Shown piece by piece: positions 25,145 through 37,298 of a stretch of 64,000 nucleotides of DNA. The stretch comes from Ramazzottius varieornatus (taxonomy: Eukaryota > Animalia > Tardigrada). Numbering within the stretch: position 1 is the first letter of the stretch; each line of letters begins with the position of its first letter. The notes under the pieces were generated by a model, which saw only the letters and a list, made by a program, of their open reading frames with translations, was not told the origin of the DNA and ran no database searches. The stretch spans positions 1,442,617 to 1,506,616 of the forward strand of contig BDGG01000013.1 of the NCBI GenBank assembly GCA_001949185.1, in the 5' to 3' direction. A program made the position numbers and the translations under genes.

Positions 25145-28100
25145 TCAAGCGTGAACCGTTGAGGCTCCCGAAGGAGGTTCGACGACATGCCCGGTGCTCA
25201 TCTTCCGGAAACCTCGCTTGATCTTCAACTCCAGCTTCTCCGTCGGAGTCGTTTCATGCTCATCGTCCATATCAAAATCCGAGACTGATGAGGAGTCGGG
25301 ACTGCTTTGAGGTGGCGTCCGAAGGATCCTGAGGACCGTCAAGGATAGTCGACTATCCTACAAGACGAAATCAATATTCAGCAAGTTAAATATCGTGACG
25401 TAATGGCATGTCAAGTCTCACATAGCAGACCTGAGGTAAGACATTACAAATAAAATAACGAACCCATTTCTCCTGCATGGCGATCAGCTCTTTGAACGTA
25501 GCAGTCTTGGAAATCTCGTTCATTCTTCTTGTCTTCTCTAGAATCTCAGCCCTTCGAGCGTCGCCATTTTCGTGAAGAATTCGTCTGAAAGCTTCGACGG
25601 ATATGTCTTCCTCATTCTTTAGGCTTTCCTCTTCCTGTACAAGATACCCGTACACAAACACTCCTCGACTTCCGCTCTAACCGTGTACCTAATCGTACGA
25701 AACACTTACCGGTATCTTCTGGTAGGCGCCATCTTCAGATCTACGATCTTCATCCTCTCCATACAACGTCGAGCGACTGTGAGACAGACTGCGCTTGTCG
25801 AAGTCCCGATCCCTGTCACCATCGAAGGACACGGTCTCGTACTTTGTCTGCAGGTACGCGGCGTCCAACCTGAGATCATCTTTCTCGATGTCTTCTAAAA
25901 GCGACGCCAAACTGAAAAGCGGAGGCCCAGCTACGGGTGTTCCAGCCACAGAACTCTTGGACGAGCTCCGTGAAGGAAGCTTTGCCGGCAGCACAACCGA
26001 AGAGATGTTCCGGTTGGTTCCGAAGCAGGCTGGTGGAAGAGTCTCTTGAAAGCCTCTTTGCCTTTCCGCGATAACCTGCAAGTAGGAAAAAAAACCACAG
26101 TTTGTTGAATTACGCTCGATATTTAAAGTATAGGAAGGTGATACCTCGTCAATGTGTTGGTTAAAGCGCGGTGCGTTGATGAAACGGGGCACCAAGCTGA
26201 AGCCGGATGCACAAATGCCCAACGTCGCATTCCTCTGCAGACTGTTCTGCATATCCAGCGACGTCATCGCCAAGTCTTGTATGGCGAACAGGAATCTTAA
26301 AAACTCAACCAGAACATCTGGGACCTTACCCAGTTCTAACAGCAGCAACACCACGGTGGCCTGCAGAGCTTTCAAAAGACCTCCTGTATTGTCGCTTCTG
26401 TCGACGTTTTCATACAGGCACAGTATCAACCTCCTCATGTTATTCTTAGCGAAGTTAGCATCCTCGGTTGAAGGAGGATCTTGTACGGTCAAAGGTAACT
26501 TTGACGGTATCTCGGGCGACTCGGCAAGCTTCTGTAAGTTGCCATGTCGATCGAGGAGAGTGTGGAAGATAGCGTGCACGAGGATGCGCACCTCGACTGA
26601 CGGTGACAGAGAGACTCTCATCAGCAGCTCCAAGAAGGCGATGGGGAATGTGGTTGTCATCTGGACCGGCACGTACTTTGTTGCGACTTTCAGCAGACTG
26701 CGGAGGAGGAGAAGGGGCAGCCAGGTTTCGCTGACGCTGACGTCGCCGCCACGGACCACCACCTTGTCCATGATGAAACGCATGATCTCGATCTTCTGGT
26801 AGTCGGGCAGGTTAGTGGCGAACTCACCGATGGTCACCACCAGGGCCTCTTGGTAGAGTTGTTCACCGTGCTCTGAAGAGCGAATCTGCCGTTCGACAGA
26901 GATCTTCAGGTGACGAAGAAGCGCGCTGAAGACTTCGAAGACGGAAGGACCTGCAACGACCGGAAGTCAATCAAATAATCAAACGAAACTACATTACGCT
27001 CACCCAATAACGTCGCGCGCCACGTTTGTGGCGCAGGACGTTAACCTAATAGTATGTACATTACTGTATTACTAACACAGTCTGACGCGCAACTTGATGA
27101 GGGCTGACAGTAAAACTGAACCCTTTCATATCGAGGACAGCTTTTCTTACCGACGGAAGTAGCGATGTCCACCGTCTGCGCCAGGCATTTCGCGATGGTC
27201 GTCTTCATAGCAGGAGGACTCTGAATGTGGTTGTCCAAGTGTCCGACGATGATCTGCACGGCTTTGTAAGCATACTGGTTGGGAATGGCGTAGCAGATGG
27301 TTTTGATCACGTAGATCGCAAACTCTCCTGGCACCCACAAGCCGTTGTTATCCAAATGCTTCAACGCTGGACTCATCACCACCTTGATATTGGCGAACAT
27401 CGTCCTTCCACAAATCTCCTGAAGAATCTGCGTGGCATATTTCTCCAGTTCCTGCGCGTCCAAAGCTGAAATATTCTCACTTCCGTTCAGTGCTTCCGTC
27501 GTCCTGAAAAATTCCACACAATTCAACTGTGAGATTGTGTTGGTGTTTTCTAAGAGAAAATATTACCCTTTCCGCATGTCTTCGGTCTGTTGCATATTGA
27601 AGATCAACGACGGGATGATTTTGTCCATGTGCACTTGCTCCCAGATGTTTACTTGTAGATCGTCCGAGACCGTCTTGCGGATGATGCCTCGAAGACCCAT
27701 CATACCAGCGCGGCGAATGGCTTTGCGTGTTTGTGGGTTAGCGTCGTTGTTGTGGCACATCATGCTGAACTTGTCGACGAACTGGTCGTAGCTGCGGTGG
27801 TAGGATGGAATGTCTTCGGGGATGTCAGCGAACTTGACAAAGGAGTTGACAGCATAGCCTTGCAAGCCCACGTCGGAACACTCCAGCAGGTGCAGATTCA
27901 TCTTGAGAAAGGATCCGACAAAGAGGTTCAATCGCGTGTGCTGATCCGACGACTTGCAGGAGGACAACAGCGAATCCATAGCCTCCATTGACATTCTCGC
28001 GTACCTGACAAGAATTTCTCCCTTGAATTTTGAAAAACGACCAAGACGAAATCTGACGTACTCGTATCGTTTTCTGGATAGGTAATATTCCAAGCAAAAA

Positions 28101-28465
28101 AGCAAGTATTTTCCGATCTTGTCCAGCTTGTCAGGATGGGAAAGGGAGTAAAAGACGAGCTTGTCCAGGTGAGCACGATCGACTCCTTCCTACCAACGAA
28201 GATGAACTTCAAATAAAGCAGAGGTTCGATGGAGGCGCATTGCGATCTTACAGTACCTGCGCCGTCGCTGGATAGATGTTGTCGACCAGTCGCTTGTACT
28301 TCGGCTTGCATTTCCCGCAGCAGTCTGTGATGCCTGCAACAACAGCAGAAGTCGAAACAGCGACAGAGCAGACTCACAACGAAAAATATTCAAGAAAGGA
28401 AAGTCTGAATAACCGATATAATGCGCGCACAAAGTTGTCACACGACACAGGCCGTACGTACCCAT
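25145..28465 (-). CDS. EFR3: Protein EFR3 homolog (PI4KA complex membrane anchor), multi-exon
   Basis: A 4-nt first coding exon ATGG (28465-28462) splices to give MGITDCCGKCKPKYKRLVDNIYP. Later exons carry HPDKLDKIGKY, LNLFVGSFLKM, PSYHRSYDQFVDKFSMMC, IRKTVSDDLQVNIWEQVHMDKIIPSLIFNMQ and IGEFATNLPDYQKIEIM. Confidence 0.93.
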
Positions 28466-31134
28466 TACTCCGGATTCCTCGAAGATGCTTGATCGTGGAT
28501 GAGCGAGATGAAGAGCTTAGTTGACGATGAATCGGGTTATGGAGCACCTTCGATACTTTAGGAGAAGTCTGATGGTAACTTCGATACAAGTCTGATAAGA
28601 ATACTGTAGTCCTGCTAAATTAACGCTCACTCACAAGTCAGTCACGTGAAGAGTCATCGTTGCCCAGTATGATCGGATTTCATCAGCATAGTCTGTCTGA
28701 CTTTCACCCGGGCATCATTTACTGCTCACATGGTTGGGTGCGCGTTAATTTAGGAGCACTAGGGTAGTTATATTCCTAAATTGCAATTTCGAAAGCCCTC
28801 GAGAGTTGAACCCCCAGGGGACAAAGGGCCCACCCGCACGAATTACGAGGAACCCGGAAACTGCGAGCGGAAGTGACGTTCTTCTCATTGCTGGCTTGTA
28901 GCCTGAGTTATCGAATCATGGGCTGCTTCCGGAGTCCAACATCATGGTCGCCGACTCTTTCCGCGAAGGTTTAAAGCCTCTGAACGGAACAATGAGTATA
29001 ATCGCGATCAATTTTTAGTTTGGTGCCATCTGATGGCGTCGAGATACCGGTGCACAGTGCGGTGCCGGTCATTCGTTCGCCTGTTTTCGCCGCCATGCTG
29101 GAGTCAAATACAGTATGGAGGGAATCAAGACACGAAGTTATATCTTTGTTAACGTTACCGGGTCGATACTGCGTATTTTGGTAAATTAAGCATGCTACGG
29201 CTGCTCCAAAGAAATGTTCGGGGAAGAGGCGGTGAAAGTTCTCTTGGCAGCGGACAAGCATCAACTAACGGAACTGGCTAGCTATACTGTACACCGAGCA
29301 ACTTATCCTCCCAGATTGATCCACCGAAAATGTTCTGCAAGTTTTGCTCTCCGTTAACCACCCGATCGCGCCTGTCTTGAAGAAACAAGTAATGCAAGTG
29401 CTTCGAACTCATGCGGAAAAGCTGAGGATCTCGGGAAAAATGAGAGGAGCTGAGCGAAGAAGCCAGCGGCGACCTCGTCACAGAAGTCATCATAAACCTC
29501 TCGCTTATTCTCGGGATCTCGTTCTTAGATTGATTGGCTGCAGAAATCGGCCCTTTATGCCTTTGATTCCTGAACCCTGGGAGCCTTAATTCCTATCTGG
29601 TGGTAGTACATGTGTTAATTTGATGTGGGCTTAATGGAAAACCCAACTCGCTCTAGGTTGGGTGTACGTGCTACGGCCCCGTCAAGTTGCGTCAACCATA
29701 TTCGGATACACCCCTGTCCGATGTCAAAAACGTGTTACACATCTGCAATGGGTGGGGCACTTATGGATCGGACGAGACAGTTCTTTCGTCGTCTAAAGTC
29801 TGGTTTGGCTCGACTTTCGGCTCACTCGGGGATAGATCTCAGCAAATTTTAAAGTTACCCCTGTGCCGATACAAGACGGAAAACACTTCAACACCCTGAT
29901 TACCACCGTACTGTACTCATTGTGAGTACAATACGGCACTTCTCTGCTCCCCATTATTTCCATTTTGCCCGGTTTGAACCAAACTTTTTTTCATTGCCTG
30001 GTCTGCGGTCTTATCACGGAAACGCAGCCGATGACTACTGTTCAGTACAACTTCCGCAGACTGGAAGAAAACCTTACGATTTCGGGCAGTTTCGGGGGTA
30101 ATTTAGGTTCCATGTCTTTGCTCGAGATACATACCTACCATCTGTTTAGAAAAACATTGAAACACTGAGGAGAGCTTCGTCTACCGATACTAGGCTTGGG
30201 AGTTGGGACAAACTTGGTGTCATCGGTGCGTCCAGAGAAAAATCAAAACGGCCAGGGCTACTTTTCCCAAGTTGGCCTTTACGTCCTGCCAATCTCCACA
30301 ATTTCGAAATTCTGAAAGTTGTCTGTTGGTTAATTTTGGGTTACGCCTTCCCTTATCCTCCAGTTAAAGTTCTGTGCTCACAGTGAGTACGCTGGTAATC
30401 TGTCGACACAAAAAGCTTGGTATTCAGGGTGTTAAGATGTAATGGTTAGTCATGCATGTGGTCAGAGGAACATCGAAGCTTTCGGGTTCTGTGACCAAAT
30501 CGGCTGTGTTAAATTTAGGGATATGACGTTCACTTTGAGCGTTAGGTTGCCAGCGTTCTGGAATAGACTCCGTGGTCCAGTACTTCAATACGATGTCACA
30601 TACCTAGTATTTCTATATTAGTTAAAATCAACTAAAACGTGAGCGAGGTACGGTCGGAGTTCGGGCGAAGGTGGACGAAGGAGAACCGGCCGATGTGGTA
30701 CCGTCACTGGTATTATGGTTGGACTTATCGATGTCTTCGGGACGATAATTTTAAACTTACTATGGCGCTATCCAGACACGCAGACAGAATTTTCCCGTTG
30801 TGCGTGTACTCATCGTACGCGTGAGTCTCTTTGCGACGGCACATAATATTCGGTCAGATAAAAACAAAAAAAACTACCTTAGGTCGGGAACAAAGAGCGT
30901 GACCTGAAGCAACATCACGCGTGGACCCTTTTTTTCTCCAGAAAGAACCATGCAGTTTTTGCAGTGTTATCTGTTCTCGGCATCAGACATTTCTAGACCA
31001 CTGCGTCTCTTCCCTGATTGACGGTATTTGACTGACTTTATGAGGTTTGTAACACATAGGGTTGTGTCAAGCACGAAATGTTTCTTGTGGTGTGGATCAG
31101 TCGGATTCTCCCATCTCAGCTTTAACATTCCACG

Positions 31135-33461
31135 ATGGATGTCAAGACATGGTCGCTCCTGTGCGGAATACTGTCATGCACTGTTCACTTTGGCGGATGC
31201 GAGGTTTTCAGCAAAACACACTTGCCAGGTAAGCAAGGCAGTCAGTGGCGTATACCAGGACGCACCAGTCTTTGAGTTCCTTCGTGATTACAATTTCCTG
31301 TTCTTTTGCAGTTAACGCACCAGTGGAACAGCGGTCTTCCGTGATCGACAGTTCGCCGATGGACAACGAAATACCCGGCATAAATGGACAAGCCAATTTA
31401 CCTTTGAAAACAACGGACAACATGGGAGCAGCAGACGTCTCACCCATCTTCATTCCCAAGAACTCCAACCTGCATGATACCAAACCATCTACTCTTTTCG
31501 AGTCTGCGCCTAATGGAACCACCGCGGTGCTAACATCGACCACGCAGGCATGCAACACCACGACACCGTCACCAGCTGTGCCTTATCTGATCAATACCTT
31601 CCCCTTACTGAACCCGCTGTTGTACCCTAGTCTGCCACATCAGCAGGTAGTGACCAGTCTATTTCCGTTAGCCACCCAGCTAGCTGGCAGTAACGCACCA
31701 GGCAGGCCTGTAATAAACATCTGGAATGTTCAGATAAGTCATCCGCCTGTTCCTCCACCTAACGGATGGCCGCATCCTGGTCCAGCACAGCAGCCTAACG
31801 ATGGCGCCAGTATCAATGTTATTCCTGGTACACCAGTTCCTCACCCGCAACCCGTTGCTGAAGCCGGTCAAGAGCGACAGCAAGACCCGTCTCGCGAGCA
31901 TTTGTTCAGCTCGCACCCAGAGAACCCGCCACCCCCTCCAGTCTTTCATGCAGTGCCACCCAGTCAGGAATGCACACCGACCGTCGTCATCATCAACTAT
32001 GCTACGGATAAGAATAGCTTGCCCAAGCCATTGTCTGATTGTCGACCCTTGATGGAGTTGAATGCGGGCGGTGAGGCTTTTCGCCGTCTTCCAGGGCATC
32101 CCGAATTTGAAGGACCTACGACACCTTTGGACTTGGCCAAACATTTGGCGACGGCAGTCATCGAGCATGTGCTGCGCCATGCTGGTATCAGATCGGTGGA
32201 GGTGACCCCAGAACGCGGCAACGTAGTCAACGGTCATCGTCTCGGTTGGTCAGACCGCGTCTACAGAACCGGCATCTCCGTTGTCTTGGATGAGGTGCGG
32301 CCGAGAATTGTTGTCCTGACTTTGAATGGTGACGTGGACTCTTTTGAGATTGGTGCCAACGGCGAACCATGGTTGATCGGTGGTACTTCCAACTTGCGGA
32401 AGATGACCGCTCCTGTGAAACCACCACCTCCGTCTCAGCCGCAAACTGGCCCGCTAACTGCGCCTTTCCAGCCTCAACCGCAGCTTCAGACCAGTGTTAA
32501 TACGCCAAACCTACCGTTTCAACCCCAGAATGGTCCGATTAATCCTGCGTTCCAATCTCCCACTGGGCCAGCAAGTCTTCCCTTCCAAGCCGAGCCTCCG
32601 ACCTACGGGAACGCACCCAATGCCCCGTTTCAACCACCGAACGGCCCAGCAAATCCACCAGTCAAAGGTCCATTGGCTTACTCTCCCCAGCAAGAGGCAG
32701 CAGCGTATAAAATTTCACCTGGTGAGGAAGCGAAAGCCTTGTCTACTCTGAAGGAGGTAACTAAAGACAATTTCAATGGAACTGAGATCGAGTCTCAAAC
32801 TTCCAATGGCTCACCGGTAACAGCTCCCACCGTTATCCCCAAGATCACCGAGAACGCAGAAACCTCACAGGCCAATAGCACCGACGTCAAGTCCGATAAA
32901 AGAAAACCGAGTCAGCAGAGTGGCACTTCCTCAAATGGCCAGAACGGCTTCCAGCAAGTACCACTCCAGAAGCTTCCAGAGCAACCTCAGCAGACCCAGG
33001 TAACACCACAGATGACGCTTGAGCAACCCCAGTACGCTCAGCAGTTCCACCAACCCCTCCAGTACCATCGTCAGCAGCAGCCACCCTTTGCCGGGAATAA
33101 CGGCCCAATGAGCCAGAAGGAAGGATCAGAACAGCCAAGTGATCGTCCTGGTATGGTGTACTCAGCCGGAGTGCCGCTGAACTATCCGAGACCTGAGCAG
33201 ACCGCGAAGAACTACAATGGTCCACCGCCACCTAGCTACGGCTTCGTCGGACCCAATGGACCCTCTGCTCAAGACTTTGTTTACAACGCTGGCGGCCCTG
33301 TTGTGCAAGCTTCCATGGCTTGGGCCGGGTACTCCCAAGTCAGCCCAAATCACCAGCTCAATGGTGCACCGAACAGCATGGAAGGAAACAACGGACCGGT
33401 CTTCGATGGTCGAAAGAACTTCGAAGGACCGCGTGGCGGTCCACTCTTCATCAGGCAGTAG
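31135..33461 (+). CDS. Uncharacterised secreted Pro/Gln/Asn-rich protein (exons 31135-31228 and 31312-33461)
   Basis: Signal-peptide exon MDVKTWSLLCGILSCTVHFGGCEVFSKTHLP. A gtaagc...ttgcag intron joins it in frame to a 2.1-kb open exon. The product is mostly low complexity, with one ordered-looking segment at about 31975-32400. Confidence 0.8.
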
Positions 33462-34281
33462 TTTCCTCCACGAGACTCAGGAATATATCTTTCTGCATGC
33501 TTCTGAATCCGTTTTACTGTATGCTATGATAGTAAAACATTCTGGATGCTTCCACCGGTCTCCTGCATTGGCTAAATTGCCGTCACATCTTTTCTTATAA
33601 TCTCCCCTGACGTTAAATTAATTCAACAACGTTTCTTAATGTGTCACGAGACTTGAAGTGCTTCAGAATGCTGGCTGGAATCGTAGCATGCATATTACTG
33701 TATAACGATGCTCAATGCAGCACGAATACTTTCAGCAGTAACAGCGAGCCCCAGCTGGCAGGAGACCAGTTTCACCATACGGACAAAAGAAATTCTCCCT
33801 CTAGCAGCCGGTGTTTTTCCCGTCGAACATAATTATGAAGTTAGCGCTGTGGATTTACCCGGAAGGTAATAAGTCCTTGGTGGAAAGCTTGGCAGGTAGC
33901 TGGAAGTCTTTGTTGTCGACAATTCGAGAACCCAACTTCTTACAGGCAACCGGTTTAGGCAAAAGACAGTGCCAAAAATCGACTGTTCACAATCGCAGGA
34001 GCGACTATGTTCTTTTATCAAACTACTGGTGCCGGAACGCCGACAACGTCGCGTAGCCCATTATAAATTCAGCGTCCGGTGGTACGGATCCATTAATCAC
34101 GTGTTTATGTTTCCGTAAGTGCGGCAATATTCCGAAGATGTGTGGGTAAAGCCAAAGAGTATATAATTCACCTTAAAGCGCGCTGAAACTGTGTACAGTA
34201 GTCTTCTTATCAGTCTTCCTTGCTCCCAGTCCAAACATATTACTGTAAGCATTCTTCGCAGTTTCAAAACCTCTCTCCACA

Positions 34282-34759
34282 ATGGCCAGGCTACTGATCT
34301 TCGGTGCTGTGCTGTTCGCCTGCCTCTTCGTTGTACTTGCCGATGAACCAATCAATCGTCGGTCCAAGAGCGCTTCGAAAGCTGCAGGACTCATTCGTCG
34401 AAAGAAGGTCTCTGCCGCCATCCCCACCACCGACACCACGCCAAAGTCTACTAAGGCCCCGGGTCGTTTCGCGCCCGGATCCAACAAGCAATGCATCAAC
34501 ACCTGCCTGAACACCTGCGGCCCTGGGATGTGGTTTTTGCAGAGTCTCGGGCTCGAAGTGCTACGACGCTAACAGTATCTGCACAGCGACGACCAGTCCG
34601 GGAACCTGCAAGTGCAGGGCCGGATTCCAGAGGGTCTCTTCAAGCTGCGTCGCCTGTTCAGCAGGTACTGTCTCAGCGAGTGACGGGGCTGTCTGCACTC
34701 CCTGTGGTGCTGGGACGACACCAAACAGTAGCAGAACCGCGTGCGTTCCGACTGGCTAG
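34282..34759 (+). pseudogene. Secreted Cys-rich protein (GCC2/GCC3, ephrin-receptor-like CxxC repeats) interrupted by a +1 frameshift at 34525-34527
   Basis: MARLLIFGAVLFACLFVVLA...CINTCLNTCGPG continues in the +1 frame as CGFCRVSGSKCYDANSICTATTSPGTCKCRAGFQRVSSSCVACSAGTVSASDGAVCTPCGAGTTPNSSRTACVPTG*. Removing one G of the GGG run fuses the two halves. This may be a sequencing error rather than a true pseudogene. Confidence 0.75.
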
Positions 34760-35233
34760 ATCGCATCGTCTGAATCACTTACAATATTTTTGGCATGAAG
34801 GCCTGCGGAGGCTGCGGTGACACAGCAGCATACCGAGTTTTATGAGTGAACAGATGTATCATTTTCATTCGAGAAGGGTTCGAGTACGAGCAAATTACGG
34901 ACTTGTCAATGTAAATCGCATGGCGAAATTGTCAGCGTCGAATTTCACGAAGTTCTGAGCCGGTTTGCTTCACGATTCCATAGACAGAAAAAACCTTGTG
35001 GAATCTAGCCGTACTGCTCAAGAAGCAAACGAGAGTACAGGAAATCTCTTGCCGGCTCTTACAGGTGTCCCTGCGACGCGGTACACGCAGAGACTGTGTA
35101 CTCGTAAGTGACACTGTACATATGCACGTCGAGCTGAAGGAAACAGCTTCAAGTTTAATTACTGAAGAGAAGTTTGAAAGAATGCATATCACTATCAAAC
35201 GTTTCTAACTGGGACGAATTCACATCCTTTCGT

Positions 35234-36525
35234 CTACGAGGAATGCAAGAATTTCCGGAAGGCTTCGTATCCCGACTCGAGGTCGAAGACCATTTGGCGA
35301 ATCTCATTGTCATCAAACTGATCAGATGCACTCATTTTTGACATATTCTGAAGCCTAAAAGCAAACCAGATCTCTAACATAACCTATGCGCAACAGCTTC
35401 CGCACCGCTCATCCCCATTTTGTATTGAGAGAACCCTCACACTTCGGAGTACTGCGCTTACCATTTTTGGACAGAAGCTCTTCCTTCGTAGTTTGGCGGA
35501 AGGGTATTCAGACGATTCATCGTGTCCAGCAACTCCCTCATATCGGGCTGGATCTGAAAACGACCCGGAAGTTTGAACTGGGATGTTATTGTAAAAAAGA
35601 AACAGCGAACAATTCGGTGTGGCGATTTTCGCGCTTACTTCGTCCACAGCCTTCATCTGCAGTCTGAGCTTATCCATGATTGTGATGAAGAGCTACATGT
35701 AGAAAGGTATCAGTCATCCGAGGTGGTACAGAAAGGAAGTGAGGAGCGGACTTACAGCAACGATATCAGCGATGCACTTGCTGGTGTTTCCCTTGTCGTT
35801 GCGGATGGTTATAGGGTTGTCTTCCCGTATCCGTTCCATTGCCGCTGGACAGTCAAACTAAATTAACAGCTCGATACTTCATTCGGAAGCCGCGGGGGTT
35901 GGTCGAGCACGCCACATACTTTGAACCTGTCCATGAATGCGGAAATGGTGGGGAATTCATCGGACTTGGCCAGCTTGAAGATGGACTTGAACTGTACGAG
36001 AAGTTTTGAGCACGCTGCCGTATACCTATGACGAACCAGAGTAAAACAGCGTTCCCGAGGACCTCTAAGGCCTCTTTGGCGCAAGACTTACTCGGTCGGA
36101 GTTATGCAGTCACGAATGTAGGCTTTCTCGAGATGCTGAATCGAGTTGACCACAGCGTACAAATCACTCAAATTCTCATACCTAATCAACAATCAAGTAC
36201 TGAGCCAACGATGAGTATCAATTGTAAATTTAGTCTTCCACAACGTCTTCCGATCTCACCAGTCTCTTTCTCTGTTATTCTTGAACAGTTTGACCGTCTG
36301 CAATAACAGGAAAAGTTAAAATGTTCCGTAAATGTCCGCTCAATCCTTTCAGCGCAGAAGAAAAGACAACCGTACAGGTCCGTCCTATTCTTCATGCAGT
36401 CATGATGCGCACTCATCTATTGTGGCTTACCTCACCTCATTCAAAGCTGGGTTTGTGTTCTCTTGAGCCCCATATCCAGAAGTATCCGTAGTACCCGATG
36501 GGCGTATGTTCGAGAACAGAGCCAT
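35234..36525 (-). CDS. VPS28: ESCRT-I subunit VPS28, about 8 short exons (largely missed by the ORF track)
   Basis: Exons translate as MALFSNIRP...PALNE / TVKLFKNNRERD / YENLSDLYAVVNSIQHLEKAYIRDCITP / YTAACSKLLVQFK / FDCPAAMERIREDNPITIRNDKGNTSKCIADIVA / LFITIMDKLRLQMKAVDE / IQPDMRELLDTMNRL / MSASDQFDDNEIRQMVFDLESGYEAFRKFLHSS*. Confidence 0.95.
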
Positions 36526-37298
36526 CTCAGATATTACACAGCAACTGCTGCAGGAATTTCACTACTGCCAAGACTTTGTAGCTCCTGTAGCTGTAAGCCT
36601 TAACTAACCGCAACAGCCCCGTCGATCCGCGACCCAGTATAGGGACAGATCCTCTGCAGGCTCCGCCGGATATATCCAGGAGGGAAGCAGACAGTCAGCG
36701 AAATGAGCGAAGAAAGCAATTCTCAATTCTTTGAATCTATTTTGTTACCCACAAAATCCGACGTATACGTGATATGGATGGTGACCGATTCCTTCAGTTT
36801 CCCCACTATCTGGTAGTCTGGCTTTCCCAGCCACCCAGGCTGCAGCTCTTCTGTCCAGCAAAGCAATCAAACGCTGCCAAGTATGGATTTGACCAACGGC
36901 TCCACTGTAAAATCCTTCCGTCTGGCCGGAAGTGTAACAAGATTTTCACCTCATACCTGAAATGCAACTCTATGTCTTCCCAAACCACGGCTTCTGGGCT
37001 GCATGATGAACATCCCTTTATCAGAAAACGCACATTGCAAGGAAGAAGGTAGCAATTGACGAGATACAGAAAACCGCGAGCGATAAGACGATCCTTACAG
37101 AAAGAGCTAGCAAACGGACCTAGTACGCGGACGAAGAAACCTCTAAGAATGCCAACGACAGCGAGTTTAAGATTAAAATGAAAGCTTCTCCACTAAACAG
37201 CGGCTATTGCAAACACTTCGCGTTGTTACTTGAAGTATAAACAAGATAGCAGAGCGTGGAAAACAATTTTCGAACTGTGTTAGAATATTCGATCACTT

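Noticed and set aside
26152-26802. 216-aa plus-strand ORF, and similar long antisense ORFs over CNOT1 and YLPM1
   Set aside because: These are shadow ORFs opposite well-supported exons, with no recognisable motifs.
28600-31100. Short ORFs in the gap between EFR3 and the secreted-protein gene
   Set aside because: I found no recognisable motifs, consistent splice chain or repeat structure that I could support.
33668-33832. Short ORF with a mildly hydrophobic start and a KR site (neuropeptide-like)
   Set aside because: The signal peptide is weak, the ORF is very short and nothing corroborates it; it could be chance or UTR.
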